From an uncultured Candidatus Binatia bacterium (lineage in GTDB: Bacteria > Desulfobacterota > Binatia > UBA9968 > JAJDTQ01): a DNA stretch of 64,000 bases. The DNA lies in assembly GCA_965242525.1 (NCBI GenBank), contig OZ251459.1, positions 2,368,001 through 2,432,000 on the forward strand. Direction: 5' to 3'. The notes beneath the pieces are model-generated. The model made no database searches and was not told the DNA's origin. It saw only the letters and a program-made list of their open reading frames with translations. Each line of letters begins with the position of its first letter. The stretch's first letter is position 1. Positions 27,146 through 38,257 of this stretch are shown in pieces. The translations under genes and the position numbers were made by a program.

Positions 27146-30083
27146 CCGCGTCCGTTCCCAGGAGGATCGCCAGGATGCGCTCCACGACCCGGCTCCGTTC
27201 GTCCCCGTCCAGTTGCAGCAGCGGTTGGTAGAGGGCGGCGCGCAGCCTCCTCTGCTCGTCGGCGTTGGAGCCTGCGTTGGGGAAACGGGCCAGGAGCGCT
27301 TCCGCCTGTCCCGCCAAGTCCAGGGAGCCGATGCCCGCGGCCTTCAGTTCCGCATGGTCCTTCAGCGCCCAAAGGACCCCGAACGCGCGCGGCGAAAGCC
27401 CGCTGTCCCTTGCGGCTTCCATGGCCGCGTCCTTCTCGCCGGCCAGGGCGGCCAGTTGATCCATTGCCGAAAGCCCGGTGGTCCTGCGCTCTTCCAGGTC
27501 CTTCAGGATGCGCTCCGCGCGCTCCTTCAGGGGCAGCAGCACGGCCTCCAGGTTCGGCCGGTTACCGGTCTCCTGCCGGAGGCCGCGCACGAGGTTGAAC
27601 ACCTTGGCCTCCGTCGAACCCGACTTGCGGCGGAGCGTTTCCAGGGTGTTCAGGTCGAAGGTCACCGTCTTCGCCGCGTACCCGAGGCCTTCCTGTACCG
27701 CCCGGTCCTGCACCAGGAAGCGCGTCTTGTTGGCTAGGTCCACCGCATAGTCCACGCGGTTCGCATAGGCGTTGCGCACCGCGGCGTAGAGGCCGGTGAG
27801 CCGCTGGAAGGTCTCCATATGGTCGCGCAGCTCGGGCGACGGAGACAGGATCTCCCAGAGCGCTTCGATTTCCTTGTAGTCGTCGAAGAACGCCTTGCGC
27901 GGCTCCGGGTGGAGGAAACGGCCATAGACCATCCCTTCAAGGCGTTCGTCCGCGCTGCCGCTCCCGGCGGCGTCGAGGTAATCCGCGTTCGCCCGTTGGA
28001 TCCTCGCCAGGAAGTCTTCCATCAGGACGTCGAGTTCCTCGACCACGCCGCCCACGTCCGAGGAGTCGAAGCGCAGCGCCTTGCGCAGTTCGCGCAGCAC
28101 GCCCACGAAGTCCACCACGAGGCCGATGCGCTTGCGCCGTCCTTCCGCGTCCACGTGCGGGCGGTTCACGCGCGCGATGGCCTGCAGGAGCACGTGGTCG
28201 CGCATGGGCTTGTCGAGGTACAGGCAATAGAGGAGCGGCGCGTCGTAGCCCGTCAGCAGCTTGTCCGTCACGATGAGGATCTTCGGGTTCTCGTCCGCTT
28301 TCTTGAACAGGAGGCGCGCGTCCGCCTCGCGTTCGAGCGAGAGTTGGAGCTCTGCGACCAGCGGGCGGTCCGCCGGGTCCGCGGCGTTTTCGGTATAGAC
28401 CGCCGCGGACCATTCGGGCGGCAGATGCCGGTCGAGGGCGCGTTTGTACTTGGCGCAGGCCTCGCGGTTCACGCCCACGAGGAACGCCTTGTAGCCCAGC
28501 GGCGCCACGTTCTGCCGGAAATGGCCGGCGACGAACCGGGCCGCCTTTTCGATGCGGTGGTCCGCGGCCAGGAAGGTCCGCAGGCCCACCGCACGGTCGA
28601 GCACCCTGTTGAGCTCGTCCGCGTCGGTGACCCCCTCGGCCTCCGCCAGGGCGAAGAACTCCCGGTCCAGCCGCTCCGCCGGCACCGTCATCTCGCCGGG
28701 CGCCATGACGTAGCGGATGGGCAGGGTGGTCTCGTCCTCGATGGACTCGGCGATGGTGTATTTGTCGAGGTAGCCCCGGTGGTCGTCGGCGCCGAATATC
28801 CTGAAGGTGCCTTCCCCGTGCGCGGTCCGGTCGATGGGCGTGCCGGTGAAGCCGATGACGGTGGCGTTGGGCAGGGCCGCCGTCAGATAGACGCCCAGCT
28901 CCCTTGCTACCGAGCGGTGCGCCTCGTCGATGAACACATGGACGTTGCTGCGGGTGTTGGCGTCCTTCTCGATGCCTTCGAACTTGTGGATCATGGAGAG
29001 GATCAGGCCGCGCCTGTCGGTCGCGAGCAGGTCCCGAAGCTCGGCCCGGGAGTCCGCGCGCCACACCGGGATGTCCTGTTGCTGCATCTCGCCCAGCAGC
29101 CGTTCGACCCAGCCCTTGAGTTGTCCTTCCAGTTCCGTCCGGTCCACGACCACCACCACCGTGGGTCTGCGGTCCTGTTCCCCGCGTTCCAGGACTCGAC
29201 GCGCCGCGGTGAGCAGGGTGAAGGTCTTGCCGGAGCCCTGGGTGTGCCAGATGAGGCCGCGCCGCCTCGAAGGCTCGGAGCAGCGCTCGACGATGCGCTC
29301 CACCGCACGGCGTTGGTGCTGCCGCAGCACGGTCTTCCGCGTCTCCCCGTCCTCGACGTAGAACAGGATCCAGTCCCGCAGCGTGCGCAGGAAACCGGCG
29401 GGCTCGAAGAAGGACTGGACGGCGAAGCGGTAGCTCTCCTCCGGACGCTCCTTCCAGCGCGCCATGAAGCGGCGCGAGGCGTTCCATGTGACGCCGTACC
29501 AGTAGTCCAGCAGGTGCGTGACGTTGAAGAGTTGCGCCGACCCCATCAACTCGGGGGTCTCCTTCTCGTAGCGCCGCAACTGCGCGACGCCCTTTTCGAT
29601 GGCGTCCCGGTCCGCGGGGTTCTTGTGTTCGACGATGGCTACCGGCACGCCGTTGACCACGAACATCACGTCCGCGCGGTTGCCCTTTCGGGCAGGGGGC
29701 TTGACCCTCCACTCCCAGGTGACGTGCAGGACGTTGGCGTCCGGCCTCTCGAAGTCCAGGAGCCGGACGGGCCGGTGACGCTCCTCTGCCTCGTCGCGCC
29801 ATTGGCGCTCGCCGCGCAGCCACGCGAGGGTCTCGCGGTTGCCCTCCACGGTGGGCGGCAGCGCCTCGATCCGTTCGAGCGCGGCCCGCGCCGCATCGCC
29901 GCCCAGCCACGGGTTGAACCGATGCAGCGCCGCTTCCACCTCGTCGCGGAACAGCATCCCGGCCTCGCCCCCGCGCTTGCGCAGCGCGGCCCCCGGCGGA
30001 AGCGGCGTCCATCCCACTTCCGCAGCGTGGCGGACCATCGGGAACTGGACGGATACGGCTTCGCTGATTTCGAGTTCGGTCAT
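27132..30083 (-). CDS. hsdR: Type I restriction enzyme R subunit
   Basis: [16 protein letters not shown] nuclease motif; [30 protein letters not shown] and [10 protein letters not shown] helicase motifs. Confidence 0.95.
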   Translation of the reverse strand: MTELEISEAVSVQFPMVRHAAEVGWTPLPPGAALRKRGGEAGMLFRDEVEAALHRFNPWLGGDAARAALERIEALPPTVEGNRETLAWLRGERQWRDEAEERHRPVRLLDFERPDANVLHVTWEWRVKPPARKGNRADVMFVVNGVPVAIVEHKNPADRDAIEKGVAQLRRYEKETPELMGSAQLFNVTHLLDYWYGVTWNASRRFMARWKERPEESYRFAVQSFFEPAGFLRTLRDWILFYVEDGETRKTVLRQHQRRAVERIVERCSEPSRRRGLIWHTQGSGKTFTLLTAARRVLERGEQDRRPTVVVVVDRTELEGQLKGWVERLLGEMQQQDIPVWRADSRAELRDLLATDRRGLILSMIHKFEGIEKDANTRSNVHVFIDEAHRSVARELGVYLTAALPNATVIGFTGTPIDRTAHGEGTFRIFGADDHRGYLDKYTIAESIEDETTLPIRYVMAPGEMTVPAERLDREFFALAEAEGVTDADELNRVLDRAVGLRTFLAADHRIEKAARFVAGHFRQNVAPLGYKAFLVGVNREACAKYKRALDRHLPPEWSAAVYTENAADPADRPLVAELQLSLEREADARLLFKKADENPKILIVTDKLLTGYDAPLLYCLYLDKPMRDHVLLQAIARVNRPHVDAEGRRKRIGLVVDFVGVLRELRKALRFDSSDVGGVVEELDVLMEDFLARIQRANADYLDAAGSGSADERLEGMVYGRFLHPEPRKAFFDDYKEIEALWEILSPSPELRDHMETFQRLTGLYAAVRNAYANRVDYAVDLANKTRFLVQDRAVQEGLGYAAKTVTFDLNTLETLRRKSGSTEAKVFNLVRGLRQETGNRPNLEAVLLPLKERAERILKDLEERRTTGLSAMDQLAALAGEKDAAMEAARDSGLSPRAFGVLWALKDHAELKAAGIGSLDLAGQAEALLARFPNAGSNADEQRRLRAALYQPLLQLDGDERSRVVERILAILLGTDADADG

Positions 30084-30150
30084 GGCCGGATCAGGGCGTT
30101 GCAGGCTCTCGAACAGGGGCGTTTCGGCGCGAACGAGTCGGCGCGCCTGC

Positions 30151-30302
30151 TAATAGCGCCCCCTGATAGAGCGCCCCCTGATAGCGCCCCATAAGCGCCC
30201 CCCGAGCGCCTTTATGCGTCTCTATAACTAGTTGAAATATCAACTGTTTTCTTCTTCGCACCTCTCTAAGCGCCCCCCATAAGCGCCCCTATGGCGCCCC
30301 AC
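30151..30302. repeat. Eight AGCGCC(CC) direct repeats flanking an AT-rich palindrome
   Basis: Five copies left and three right of AGTTGA-AATA-TCAACT (30230-30245). Confidence 0.75.
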
Positions 30303-30353
30303 TGACCGTTCGAGTGGCGTTCGGGAACGGCCTCGGTCCTGTCGCCTGGAAGG

Positions 30354-32045
30354 TCAAAGCGAAGATCCCTCGCCGTCCTCCAGGAGAACGTCGATCAGAT
30401 CCGCTCGGCGGAAGGTTGCCGAAAGGCGTTGCAAGGTCCGCTCTCGTGTGCGGAACATCGGTCGAAGTGCGTCTTCGATCCGTTGCTCGGCGCGAGACAC
30501 GTAGCTGTCCGACCTTTGCTCTACGAGGCCGCGCGCCTGGGTGAAATTGCGGTGGTCGAGACGATCGAGGGGAATGCCCATCTCTTCCAGGAGGTAGCGG
30601 CCCATGAGCATGGCGATGAAACGGGAACCGTAGGCCAGGAAGTCGGGCGCGTCTTGCGGAGGCCGCTTGCGGCGATTTTCCGCATGTCTGAGCAACAGCG
30701 ACGCGACGACGGCCTGTGCTCCGTTCAGGTCCTTACAGAAGATCGTGTCGTACAGCGCGCCGAAATGTTCCCGGCCGCTGAATCGCGCCTGGTGGGGCCG
30801 CTGACGCCAGACCGCCAAGACGGCTTCGGCAACGACGGCGCTCGTAAACTCATCGGGCGACGCCGTCCGCTCGTCACGTTTGGCGCGGTACGTATATCCC
30901 AATCCGGCGATGGAGGTGGCAAGGGCCTTTTGGCGGGGTTCGTTTGCCTTCAAGTCCCTCAAATCGACAGGGTTCTGGCTGTTGGTGGCGAAGGTGATGG
31001 CATCGACGACCTCGGTGTCTTCCTGCTGAAGCTCGTATATGCGGACCAGCACCTCCGCCCCTTCGATTTCCGCTCCGACCTCTTCATGTATCCGTTGCAC
31101 GGTGCGGGCCGTCTGTCCGCCGTTCACGATTTGCAGGTCGTTTACCTGGACGGTCCAGTTGTCCCGTTGCAGCGCGTTGTGGCGAAACTGGGAGCAGGTA
31201 ATGGTAATCCCGTTGTTGTAGAAATAGAAATTGGACCGTTGCGCCGGATCGCGCAGGGTCGCTGCTACCGCCTCGTTTACACGGTTGCCGGCTAAGCCCA
31301 GGTAACGGCGGATGTTCCTCTCGAAGAGGTGGTTGTCGTAGTCGTTGGCCAGCCGCGCAAGTTCGCCCACCGACATGCGTCCGATCAATACACGTCGAAA
31401 GTCGAAGGTCTCGACGGCGGCTTGTCCGATGAGCCTCAGTTCGGTGTTGATGGGTTGTCGCGCCTGCAACAGGGCCAGAAGCTCCTCCGGTCCGACGTAC
31501 CGCCATCCGACCTGTCCGTTGAAATCCCTGGCGGCATTGTCGATGCGCTGCTGTGCCTCCGCGGTCCATCGCGTCCCGTTGTTCGCCGCGACCGCGGTAA
31601 CCCGTGGAATTGCGCCTTCCTTGACGAACGAACGGATGTCCTCGACGCGCTGCTCCAGCCGCGGGTTCAACCGCACGGGCAACGTCGGATCGAAAAGGGC
31701 GCCGATGGCGGCGACCATATTGACGATGGCGTTCTCCGGGAACGCGGAATCCCCGCTGAGGGCGGTTCTATATTTCCCCTGGATCAGGATGACGTGAAGC
31801 TCGCCGTCGTCAGGCGGTTCGAAGTAAAGCGCATCGACCCCGAAATCGTTGCCCCCATCGACAATCCCGTCGAACGCTTCCTCGTCAGTGAGGTCGAAAG
31901 CCGTTCTGGCGACAAGGAGCAAAAAGGCCGCCGTGCGTTTCTTCCGTTCGTCGTTCCCCAACCGAAGCTCCCCGGCCAGGACACCCGAATGTTTCTCCAC
32001 GATGCCGGAGACCTGCTGGTCGATGATCTGCGTAGCGAGAGACAT
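30354..32045 (-). CDS. AIPR family protein
   Basis: DGGNDFGVDALY, LFERNIRRYLG, FYFYNNGITI, QIVNGGQT and ATNSQN.V...DL motifs. Confidence 0.9.
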   Translation of the reverse strand: MSLATQIIDQQVSGIVEKHSGVLAGELRLGNDERKKRTAAFLLLVARTAFDLTDEEAFDGIVDGGNDFGVDALYFEPPDDGELHVILIQGKYRTALSGDSAFPENAIVNMVAAIGALFDPTLPVRLNPRLEQRVEDIRSFVKEGAIPRVTAVAANNGTRWTAEAQQRIDNAARDFNGQVGWRYVGPEELLALLQARQPINTELRLIGQAAVETFDFRRVLIGRMSVGELARLANDYDNHLFERNIRRYLGLAGNRVNEAVAATLRDPAQRSNFYFYNNGITITCSQFRHNALQRDNWTVQVNDLQIVNGGQTARTVQRIHEEVGAEIEGAEVLVRIYELQQEDTEVVDAITFATNSQNPVDLRDLKANEPRQKALATSIAGLGYTYRAKRDERTASPDEFTSAVVAEAVLAVWRQRPHQARFSGREHFGALYDTIFCKDLNGAQAVVASLLLRHAENRRKRPPQDAPDFLAYGSRFIAMLMGRYLLEEMGIPLDRLDHRNFTQARGLVEQRSDSYVSRAEQRIEDALRPMFRTRERTLQRLSATFRRADLIDVLLEDGEGSSL

Positions 32046-32133
32046 GGTCCTCTTTCCGATGAGTTATGGAAACTCTGAACGATTACCTCCGTTCGTCCTG
32101 AGCGTAGCGAAGCGAAGTCGAAGGACGCGCTTT

Positions 32134-32407
32134 CGTCATTCCCGCGAAAGCGGGAATCCATCTCCAGAGAGGAAAGGCGGTCAGGAAATGGAATCGGGCA
32201 AGGAAGATTGAGTGGATAGAGAAAAGTAATACGAGATGGAGAGGTTTGTACAACGAAAGCGATGAAAGTGGATTCCCGCTTTCGCGGGAATGACGGAGGG
32301 TGGGCATCTGCGGGAATGACGGGGCAGGCCTCTGCGAAGCAATGACGGCGTGACCCTGGCGGTCCCTTCTCCTTCCTGCCTTACCTACACGAAAGCCGGA
32401 GGATCCC
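32134..32407. repeat. dRS3/RPE-like palindrome pair plus shared right-end sequence (second repeat family)
   Basis: GTCATTCCCGCGAAAGCGGGAATCCA and its inverted copy; GGAATGACGG subrepeats; end CACGAAAGCCGGAGGATCCC. Confidence 0.7.
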
Positions 32408-32419
32408 AATTTGTAATCC

Positions 32420-32983
32420 TCAGAGATCAAGCTCATTGATCCCGATCTCCTCTGTCATTAGCTTGTGCAAGAGTAACTTGAACAGATCGTCCAGGATAGC
32501 ACCCTTCTTTTGATTGAGAGTGATTGTGTCCTGAACCTTCCAGAGCAGGTTCGCTATCTTCGCCTGCTCCTCCGAGTTGAATTCCGGTAGCTCGAAGTTA
32601 CTGATGTGACGCCATGACGTCCGCGGATGCTGTACGCCGGTCGTGCCCGCAACGGCATGTTGGACAAAGCTCGGCATGTGGACGACTCCCACTACGAAGC
32701 GCGGGTCAATGCCTTTCTTCGGACGGAGTACGAGCAACTCCGTAGTGCAGACACCTTTGTCGCTAGCCAGAACGGCTTTGTCAAGATACGGACGTAGCTT
32801 TCCGTACAGCACGTCACCGGGTTGGAAGGCGTGTTTCGCGCTGTGAACTTCCGTGGCGCGCCCTTCCCCCTGTCTGACGAAGCGACCCGAAGCGATATGT
32901 TCGAGTCCGACGTACAGATCGTCGGGGCGATCCGCGGGGTTGACAGGCGTTGCAATAGGATCGCAAAGGTCGGCGAGTTGCAT
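32420..32983 (-). CDS. hsdS: Type I RM specificity subunit, half-size (single TRD)
   Basis: YVGLEHI, GDVLYGKLRPYL.K, GVCTTELLVLRP, HPRTSW, EEQAKIA and LLHKLMT motifs; only 187 aa. Confidence 0.85.
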   Translation of the reverse strand: MQLADLCDPIATPVNPADRPDDLYVGLEHIASGRFVRQGEGRATEVHSAKHAFQPGDVLYGKLRPYLDKAVLASDKGVCTTELLVLRPKKGIDPRFVVGVVHMPSFVQHAVAGTTGVQHPRTSWRHISNFELPEFNSEEQAKIANLLWKVQDTITLNQKKGAILDDLFKLLLHKLMTEEIGINELDL

Positions 32984-32992
32984 ACTCGATCC

Positions 32993-34840
32993 TTACACCA
33001 ACCCACGCAGCGTAGTCAGCGCGGTTGCGAGATCGCGGGAGACTGCGACTTCCGTATTGGTGATTTCGTCAAAACGATCGAGAATGGTCTTTAGGTCCAG
33101 GGCTTCATCGTCCGTTGAGAATCCCACCCACCGACTCGGACTCAAGTTGTAGTCCGCCTCCTCCGCCTGTTCCCGCGTGATCACCGCGATCTCCCCCTCG
33201 ACCGCCTCCCCCCTCACGACCGCCTCCGCCAGCGGCCGCACGTCCTCCTCCGGGATGAAGTTCTTGGGCCGACCCTTGCGCACGCGCCGGCTGGCGTTCA
33301 GCAGCACGATCCGGCCCTTTCGCGCTGCGGGCTTGCGCTTGGACAGCACCACGATCACGCCTGCGGCGCTGGTGTTGTAGAACAGGTTGTCCGGCAGCAG
33401 GATCACGCCGTCGATCAGGTCGCGGTCCACGAACCACTTGCGGATGTTGCGCTCGCGGTCCTCGTGCTTGCTGCCCGAGCCGCGCGTCACCGCGCCCGTG
33501 TCGAGCACCACCGCGGCGCGGCCGCGCTCGTTCAGGCAGGCGAGGGTGTGTTGGAGCCATGCCCAATCGCCCTTGCCGCTGGTGACGCCGCCGCGGGGGC
33601 GGAAGCGGTCGAACGGGTCGTTGGCGAAGAGGTCGGGGCTGAAGGGCTGGTTCCACATGGGGTTGGCCACCACGACGTCGTGCGGGGCGATGCGCCCCGC
33701 GGGGGTCTTGAACTTGGGGTTGATCATGGTGTCGCCGCGCTCGATCTCGACTTCCATGTCGTGGATGATGGCGTTCATGTGGGCGACCGCGTAGCTCTCG
33801 GCCTGCAACTCCTGGCCGTGCAGCTTGAGCGGCACGCGGCTGGTGGGGTCCAGTTCCCGGGCCACGAGTTGGAGCTTGACCAGCAGCCCGGCGGAGCCGC
33901 AGGCGTAGTCGTGGCATTGCTCGCCGGGCCTCGGGCGCATGAGGTGCGCCATCAGGAAGCCGACCTCGGTGGGGGTGAAGAACTCTCCGGCGCTCTGGCC
34001 GGAGCCTTCCGCGAACTTGCGCAGCAGGTATTCGTATGCGCGGCCCAGGAAGTCGGGCTGCACGTCGGCAAGCCCGAGCCGGTAACGCGGGTCGGAGAAG
34101 GTCTCGACCACCGCGGCGAGCTTCGCCGGGTTGACGTCCCGCTCGCCGTTGCGTTCCGCGGCGAAGTCCACCAAGTCGATGACGCCCGAAAGCGAGGGGT
34201 TGTGCCGGGCCACTGCACGGGTTGCTTTGGTCAGGTGTTCCCCGATGTCCCTGGGCCGCGTGCTGCGTCCCTGGCCGTCCCGGGGCCATTCATGGACTGC
34301 ACGACCGCTGATCACTCCCCACCGCGCTTCCGGGGGCAGGTAGAAGCGCAGCACTTCGTGGTCGCTCTCCGCGATCTCCTGCGCGACGTCCGGGTCGCCG
34401 TATTCTTCGGCCAGCCGCTTGACCTCGTCGTCGAACACGTCCGACAGGCGCTTGAGGAACAGGAGCGGCAACAGGTAGTCCTTGAACTTGGCCGCGTCCT
34501 TCTCCCCGCGGATGGAGCAGGCCGCATCCCATAGCATCTGCTCCATGGGCTTGGTGGAAGGATCGGCCGTCCGGCGCCGGCGAGACCGCCGCCGCGTCAC
34601 CCGTGCCGCGGCTTCGGTAGGGGCCGCCGCCTCCGCGCCGTCCACCGCGGCTTCCGCGGCGAGCGCGGCGATGGCGTCCTGGGCGGCCTTCTGCGGCGTG
34701 GTCACGCCCCCTTCCCAGCGATTGACGCTGGCGAAGGAGACGCCGAGCCGCTCCGCAAGCTGTTCCTGTGTGAGGTCGAGTTTGGCGCGGATGGCGCGCA
34801 GGGTGCTCGAAACGGATCCCTTTGCTGTCATATCTGCCAT
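32993..34840 (-). CDS. hsdM: Type I RM methyltransferase with N-terminal XRE HTH
   Basis: [21 protein letters not shown] (HTH); [32 protein letters not shown] and YNLSPSRWV motifs. Confidence 0.92.
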   Translation of the reverse strand: MADMTAKGSVSSTLRAIRAKLDLTQEQLAERLGVSFASVNRWEGGVTTPQKAAQDAIAALAAEAAVDGAEAAAPTEAAARVTRRRSRRRRTADPSTKPMEQMLWDAACSIRGEKDAAKFKDYLLPLLFLKRLSDVFDDEVKRLAEEYGDPDVAQEIAESDHEVLRFYLPPEARWGVISGRAVHEWPRDGQGRSTRPRDIGEHLTKATRAVARHNPSLSGVIDLVDFAAERNGERDVNPAKLAAVVETFSDPRYRLGLADVQPDFLGRAYEYLLRKFAEGSGQSAGEFFTPTEVGFLMAHLMRPRPGEQCHDYACGSAGLLVKLQLVARELDPTSRVPLKLHGQELQAESYAVAHMNAIIHDMEVEIERGDTMINPKFKTPAGRIAPHDVVVANPMWNQPFSPDLFANDPFDRFRPRGGVTSGKGDWAWLQHTLACLNERGRAAVVLDTGAVTRGSGSKHEDRERNIRKWFVDRDLIDGVILLPDNLFYNTSAAGVIVVLSKRKPAARKGRIVLLNASRRVRKGRPKNFIPEEDVRPLAEAVVRGEAVEGEIAVITREQAEEADYNLSPSRWVGFSTDDEALDLKTILDRFDEITNTEVAVSRDLATALTTLRGLV

Positions 34841-34970
34841 GTTTGCATGTATAACACCCATCCGGGCCACTTTTCAACCCGTCCGACATTCTGGACGTCG
34901 GGATAGGTGACTACGGCAGGGGGAGTACGGTATCTAGCCGGTATGCAGTCGGTTGCCAACGGAGAGCATC

Positions 34971-35801
34971 ATGGTTGACGCTGACCTGAGACGCCGCATC
35001 CGTTTGGGTGAGGATTTCGACGAGACCGCCGTGCCTGGGGCGGCATTGTCCGACCTGCACTATTCGCTGACACGGCGTTTCCTGTCCGGAGACGTCGTCG
35101 ATGAGCCTTCGACCTCTGCGCATGAGGATGCCCTCGAAGCGTCCGAAGATACGTTGCGCAAGCTCCACGTGGTTACTGACGACGCGGACGGGAATGCACG
35201 GCTGACCCTCGCCGGCGTGCTCCTCTGCACGCCGGAACCCCAACAGTGGCTCCCTCACGCCTACGTACAGGCCGTCAGCTACGCCGGCGAGCGGACCGAC
35301 GTGGACTACCAGACCGACGCACGAGACATCGGTGGGCCGCTCGACGAGCAGGTTGCGGAAGCGCTGCACTTCGTGCGGCGGAACATGCTGGTGCGAGCAA
35401 CCAAGGTCCTTGCCCGGTCGGAACGCCCCCAGTTCAGCGAGCGGGCCGTGTTCGAGGCCATGGTGAACGCAGTGGCGCACCGCGACTATTCGATGGCCGG
35501 CGCCCGCGTGCGGCTCCACATGTTCGGCGACAGGCTGGAGCTCTACGTACCCGGCGCGCTGGTCAATACGCTTACCCCGGACAGCCTGCACCTGCGGCAG
35601 GCAAACCGGAACGAGCTCGTCGTATCCCTGTTGTCGCGCTGCAAGGCGCCATCCGGCGTCGGGCGCATACGGCTGATGGACCGGCGCGGGGACGGAGTGC
35701 CGATCATTCGTCGGGAATGCCGGGAGTTGTCGGGACTGCTGCCCGATTATACCCTCATCGACGACAGCGAACTGCGGCTGGTGATGTGGGCGGCGGCGTA
35801 G
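34971..35801 (+). pseudogene. AlbA_2 / HATPase_c_4 (RecG C-terminal-like) protein with an internal deletion
   Basis: Start LRRRIRLGED jumps to FDETAVPG; EAMVNAVAHRDYS, DRLEL..PG, RN and RGDGV motifs intact. Confidence 0.65.
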
Positions 35802-35897
35802 GGAGCGGACTCGATTTCCCTCTCCCTATGGGAAAGCGCGTCCTTCGACTTCGCTTCGCTACGCTCAGGACGAACGGGGATATTGTTCGAAGTTTCC

Positions 35898-36148
35898 TGA
35901 AGCAGGTCGTTTGCCTTGCGAACTCCCGGAAGCTATCGGGCCGGTGCATCGCGGGCCGGGAACGGAGCGAAGGACGTGGAGCAGGGAGTTGGGTTCGGCC
36001 GGTGTGTGACCTGTTCCGGTCGCGCGAGGAGGCCGTTGCGCAGGCCGTCGCGCGTCAGGCCGGGCGCATCGGCTTCGTGCGCGAGAGTCCTGGGGAGGAG
36101 CCGGCCGTCCTCCCCGCCGCCCGTCACTCCCCGAACGTGGCGCGGTAG
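35898..36148 (+). pseudogene. Remnant: dual-OB-domain N-terminus joined to a DUF488-like C-terminus
   Basis: KQVVCLANSRKLSGRCIAG...WVRPV then DLFRSREEAVAQAVARQAGRIGF; a MITE end sits at the start codon. Confidence 0.5.
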
Positions 36149-36828
36149 TCCTCCCATGCCTTGGGGCCTGCCCGGTCGAAGACCTTCTCGCGCACTCCGC
36201 CGGCGTATTGGGCGGGGATGAAGTTGATCTTTTCGGTGAACGAAGGCTTCAGGCGAACGCCCTTGGCGCGCAACTCGTCCGCCATGACGAGGTTGTCCAG
36301 GACCGTGCGGATCTCCTCGTGGTCGGTCCACATGGCCTTGTACACCACCCGGCCGTCCTTGCCGACCACATAGACCATGTTGGGGAGGACGCCGTAGAGC
36401 CGGTGCACCGCGCCTTCGATGTCGTCCACCAGCAGCGGGTTCTCGATGCCGTCCTGCTCCCGGCAGTGACGTGCGTATTCCAGTTTTTGCTCGAAGTCCG
36501 CATGCGGGCCGTAGCGCTCCCCGGGATGGGGCTCGCGCACGTAGATGGTGAGGAACTCGAAGCCTCGGTCGCGGTAGTCCCGGTACAGTTCGTTGAGGGG
36601 CGAGACCTCGCCCACGAAGGGCGGTCAGGTGATGCTGCCGAATTCCAGCAGCACGTGCTTCCGATCCCTGAACCCGGAGAGCCGGACCGTTTCCCCTTCG
36701 AGGGTGGGGAGGCTGAAGTCGGGCGCCTCCTCGCCCGCCCGCAGGCGCCCGGCGAAGTCTCCGGCCTTGTTCGAGCTCTCCGACCGGTCGAAGGTATGGT
36801 AGTTGTAAGCGGCCAACGACTGTTCCAT
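36124..36828 (-). CDS. Deiodinase-like thioredoxin-fold selenoprotein (Sec at TGA 36625-36627)
   Basis: APDFSLPTLEG.TVRLS...VLLEFGSIT-U-PPF...FLTIYVREPHP; the two ORFs are in frame across the TGA; AAGGAG RBS. Confidence 0.88.
36598..36613 (-). promoter_or_regulatory. Bacterial SECIS hairpin
   Basis: UGA + 11 nt + GGGCGA-GGUC-UCGCCC; spacing and AGGUCU apex match the E. coli fdhF SECIS. Confidence 0.82.
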
Positions 36829-37009
36829 CCGTTGCTCCTTTCCTCCGAGGCTGACGGGCAGGCCGTCCGACACCGCGGGAATCTACTGCGAAAGGAAACC
36901 CTGAACAACCCTCCCCGTTCCCTGTCCCCGTTCGTCCTGAGCGTAGCGAAGCGAAGTCGAAGGATGAACCGATGTCTCCGCTACGCTCAAGACGAACGGG
37001 GACAGGAGG

Positions 37010-37984
37010 TCAGGACCGGGAATCCTCTTCCAGGGCTTCCATGAGCGCACGCATGTCGTGCGGCGGGGGCGCGGTCCATTCGAGGGGCTCGCCGGTCTCC
37101 GGGTGGCGCAGCCCCAGCCTTTCGGCGTGCAGCGCCTGACGCCGGAAGCCGCGCAGCCGCTCGGCCAGCTTCGGTCCCGGACCCTCGTGGTTGCGACTGC
37201 GGCCGCCGTACACCGGGTCGCCGAGGACCGGGTGTCCGATGTGCGCCATGTGCACCCGGATCTGGTGCGTGCGCCCGGATTCCAGCCGGACCTGCAGGAG
37301 CGTGTGGCTCCGGTACGCCGCCTTCACTCGGTAGTGGCTGGCGGCCTCCTTCCCGCGGGCGCGCACCGACATGCGGGTTCGGTGGACCGGGTGCCGCCCG
37401 ATGGGCGCGGTGACGGAGCCCCCGGCGCGAACCACGCCCCGGACGAGGGCCAGGTATTCCCGCTCGACCTTTCGCGCCTGTAGCTGCCGGACCAGGCGCA
37501 GTCGCACGGCGTCGCTCCTGGCCACCGCCAGCAGCCCCGACGTGTCCTTGTCCAGCCGGTGGACGATACCGGCCCGCGGAACGGCCCGGAGCTCGGGTGC
37601 ATAGTGCATCACCGCGTTGAGCAGGGTCCCCTCCGGGTTGCCCGCTCCGGGATGCACCACCATTCCGGGAGGCTTGTTGACCACCAGCAACGCGGCGTCC
37701 TCGTGGACGATCTCCAGGGGTATGGCCTGGGCCTTCCAGGAGGCGCCGACGGATTCCTTCGGCGGCAGGTCCATCTCGATGACCGCGCCGACCGAGACCT
37801 TGTCCGAGCACTCGGGGACGCGGCCGTCCAGCCGGACGTGCCCCCCGCGGACCCATCGCTGGAGCCGCGAACGCGAGTAGTCCGGCAGCAGCGCCGCCAA
37901 AGCCGCGTCCAGCCGCTTGCCCTGGAGCGTCTGCGGCGCCTCGACGCGGATACCGGATTCTCGCTCTTGGGTATTCGTGTTCAT
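37010..37984 (-). CDS. rluD: 23S rRNA pseudouridine synthase RluD
   Basis: S4 domain RLDAALA..SRSRLQ; VNKPPGMVVHPGAGN, GIVHRLDKDTSG, SGRTHQIRVH and RQALHA motifs. Confidence 0.93.
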   Translation of the reverse strand: MNTNTQERESGIRVEAPQTLQGKRLDAALAALLPDYSRSRLQRWVRGGHVRLDGRVPECSDKVSVGAVIEMDLPPKESVGASWKAQAIPLEIVHEDAALLVVNKPPGMVVHPGAGNPEGTLLNAVMHYAPELRAVPRAGIVHRLDKDTSGLLAVARSDAVRLRLVRQLQARKVEREYLALVRGVVRAGGSVTAPIGRHPVHRTRMSVRARGKEAASHYRVKAAYRSHTLLQVRLESGRTHQIRVHMAHIGHPVLGDPVYGGRSRNHEGPGPKLAERLRGFRRQALHAERLGLRHPETGEPLEWTAPPPHDMRALMEALEEDSRS

Positions 37985-38257
37985 GTGGATGAAGGCCGCC
38001 GGCCAGAGGGCCGCCGATTCCCGCAGGGACCGACGGGACCGACGTCGAAGCTTGTTCCTTTCGCCGGTGGATTGCAACGGAACCGCGCCGGGGCGGTCCT
38101 TCCGCCCGCTGAACCTGCCCGGTTGAGGAGATGGGAAAGCGCGTCCTTCGACTTCGCTTCGCTACGCTCAGGACGAACGGGGGGATCTTCGCTACGCTCA
38201 GGGTGAACTTCCGCTACGCTCGGGACGAACGGAGGTCTTCGTTCCGGGTTTCCTGGA

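Noticed and set aside
27819-30194. Long antisense and alternative-frame ORFs (also e.g. 7035-8564, 19873-21696, 43099-45060, 45292-47343, 51478-53049)
   Set aside because: Shadow ORFs of real genes in high-GC DNA, with no motifs
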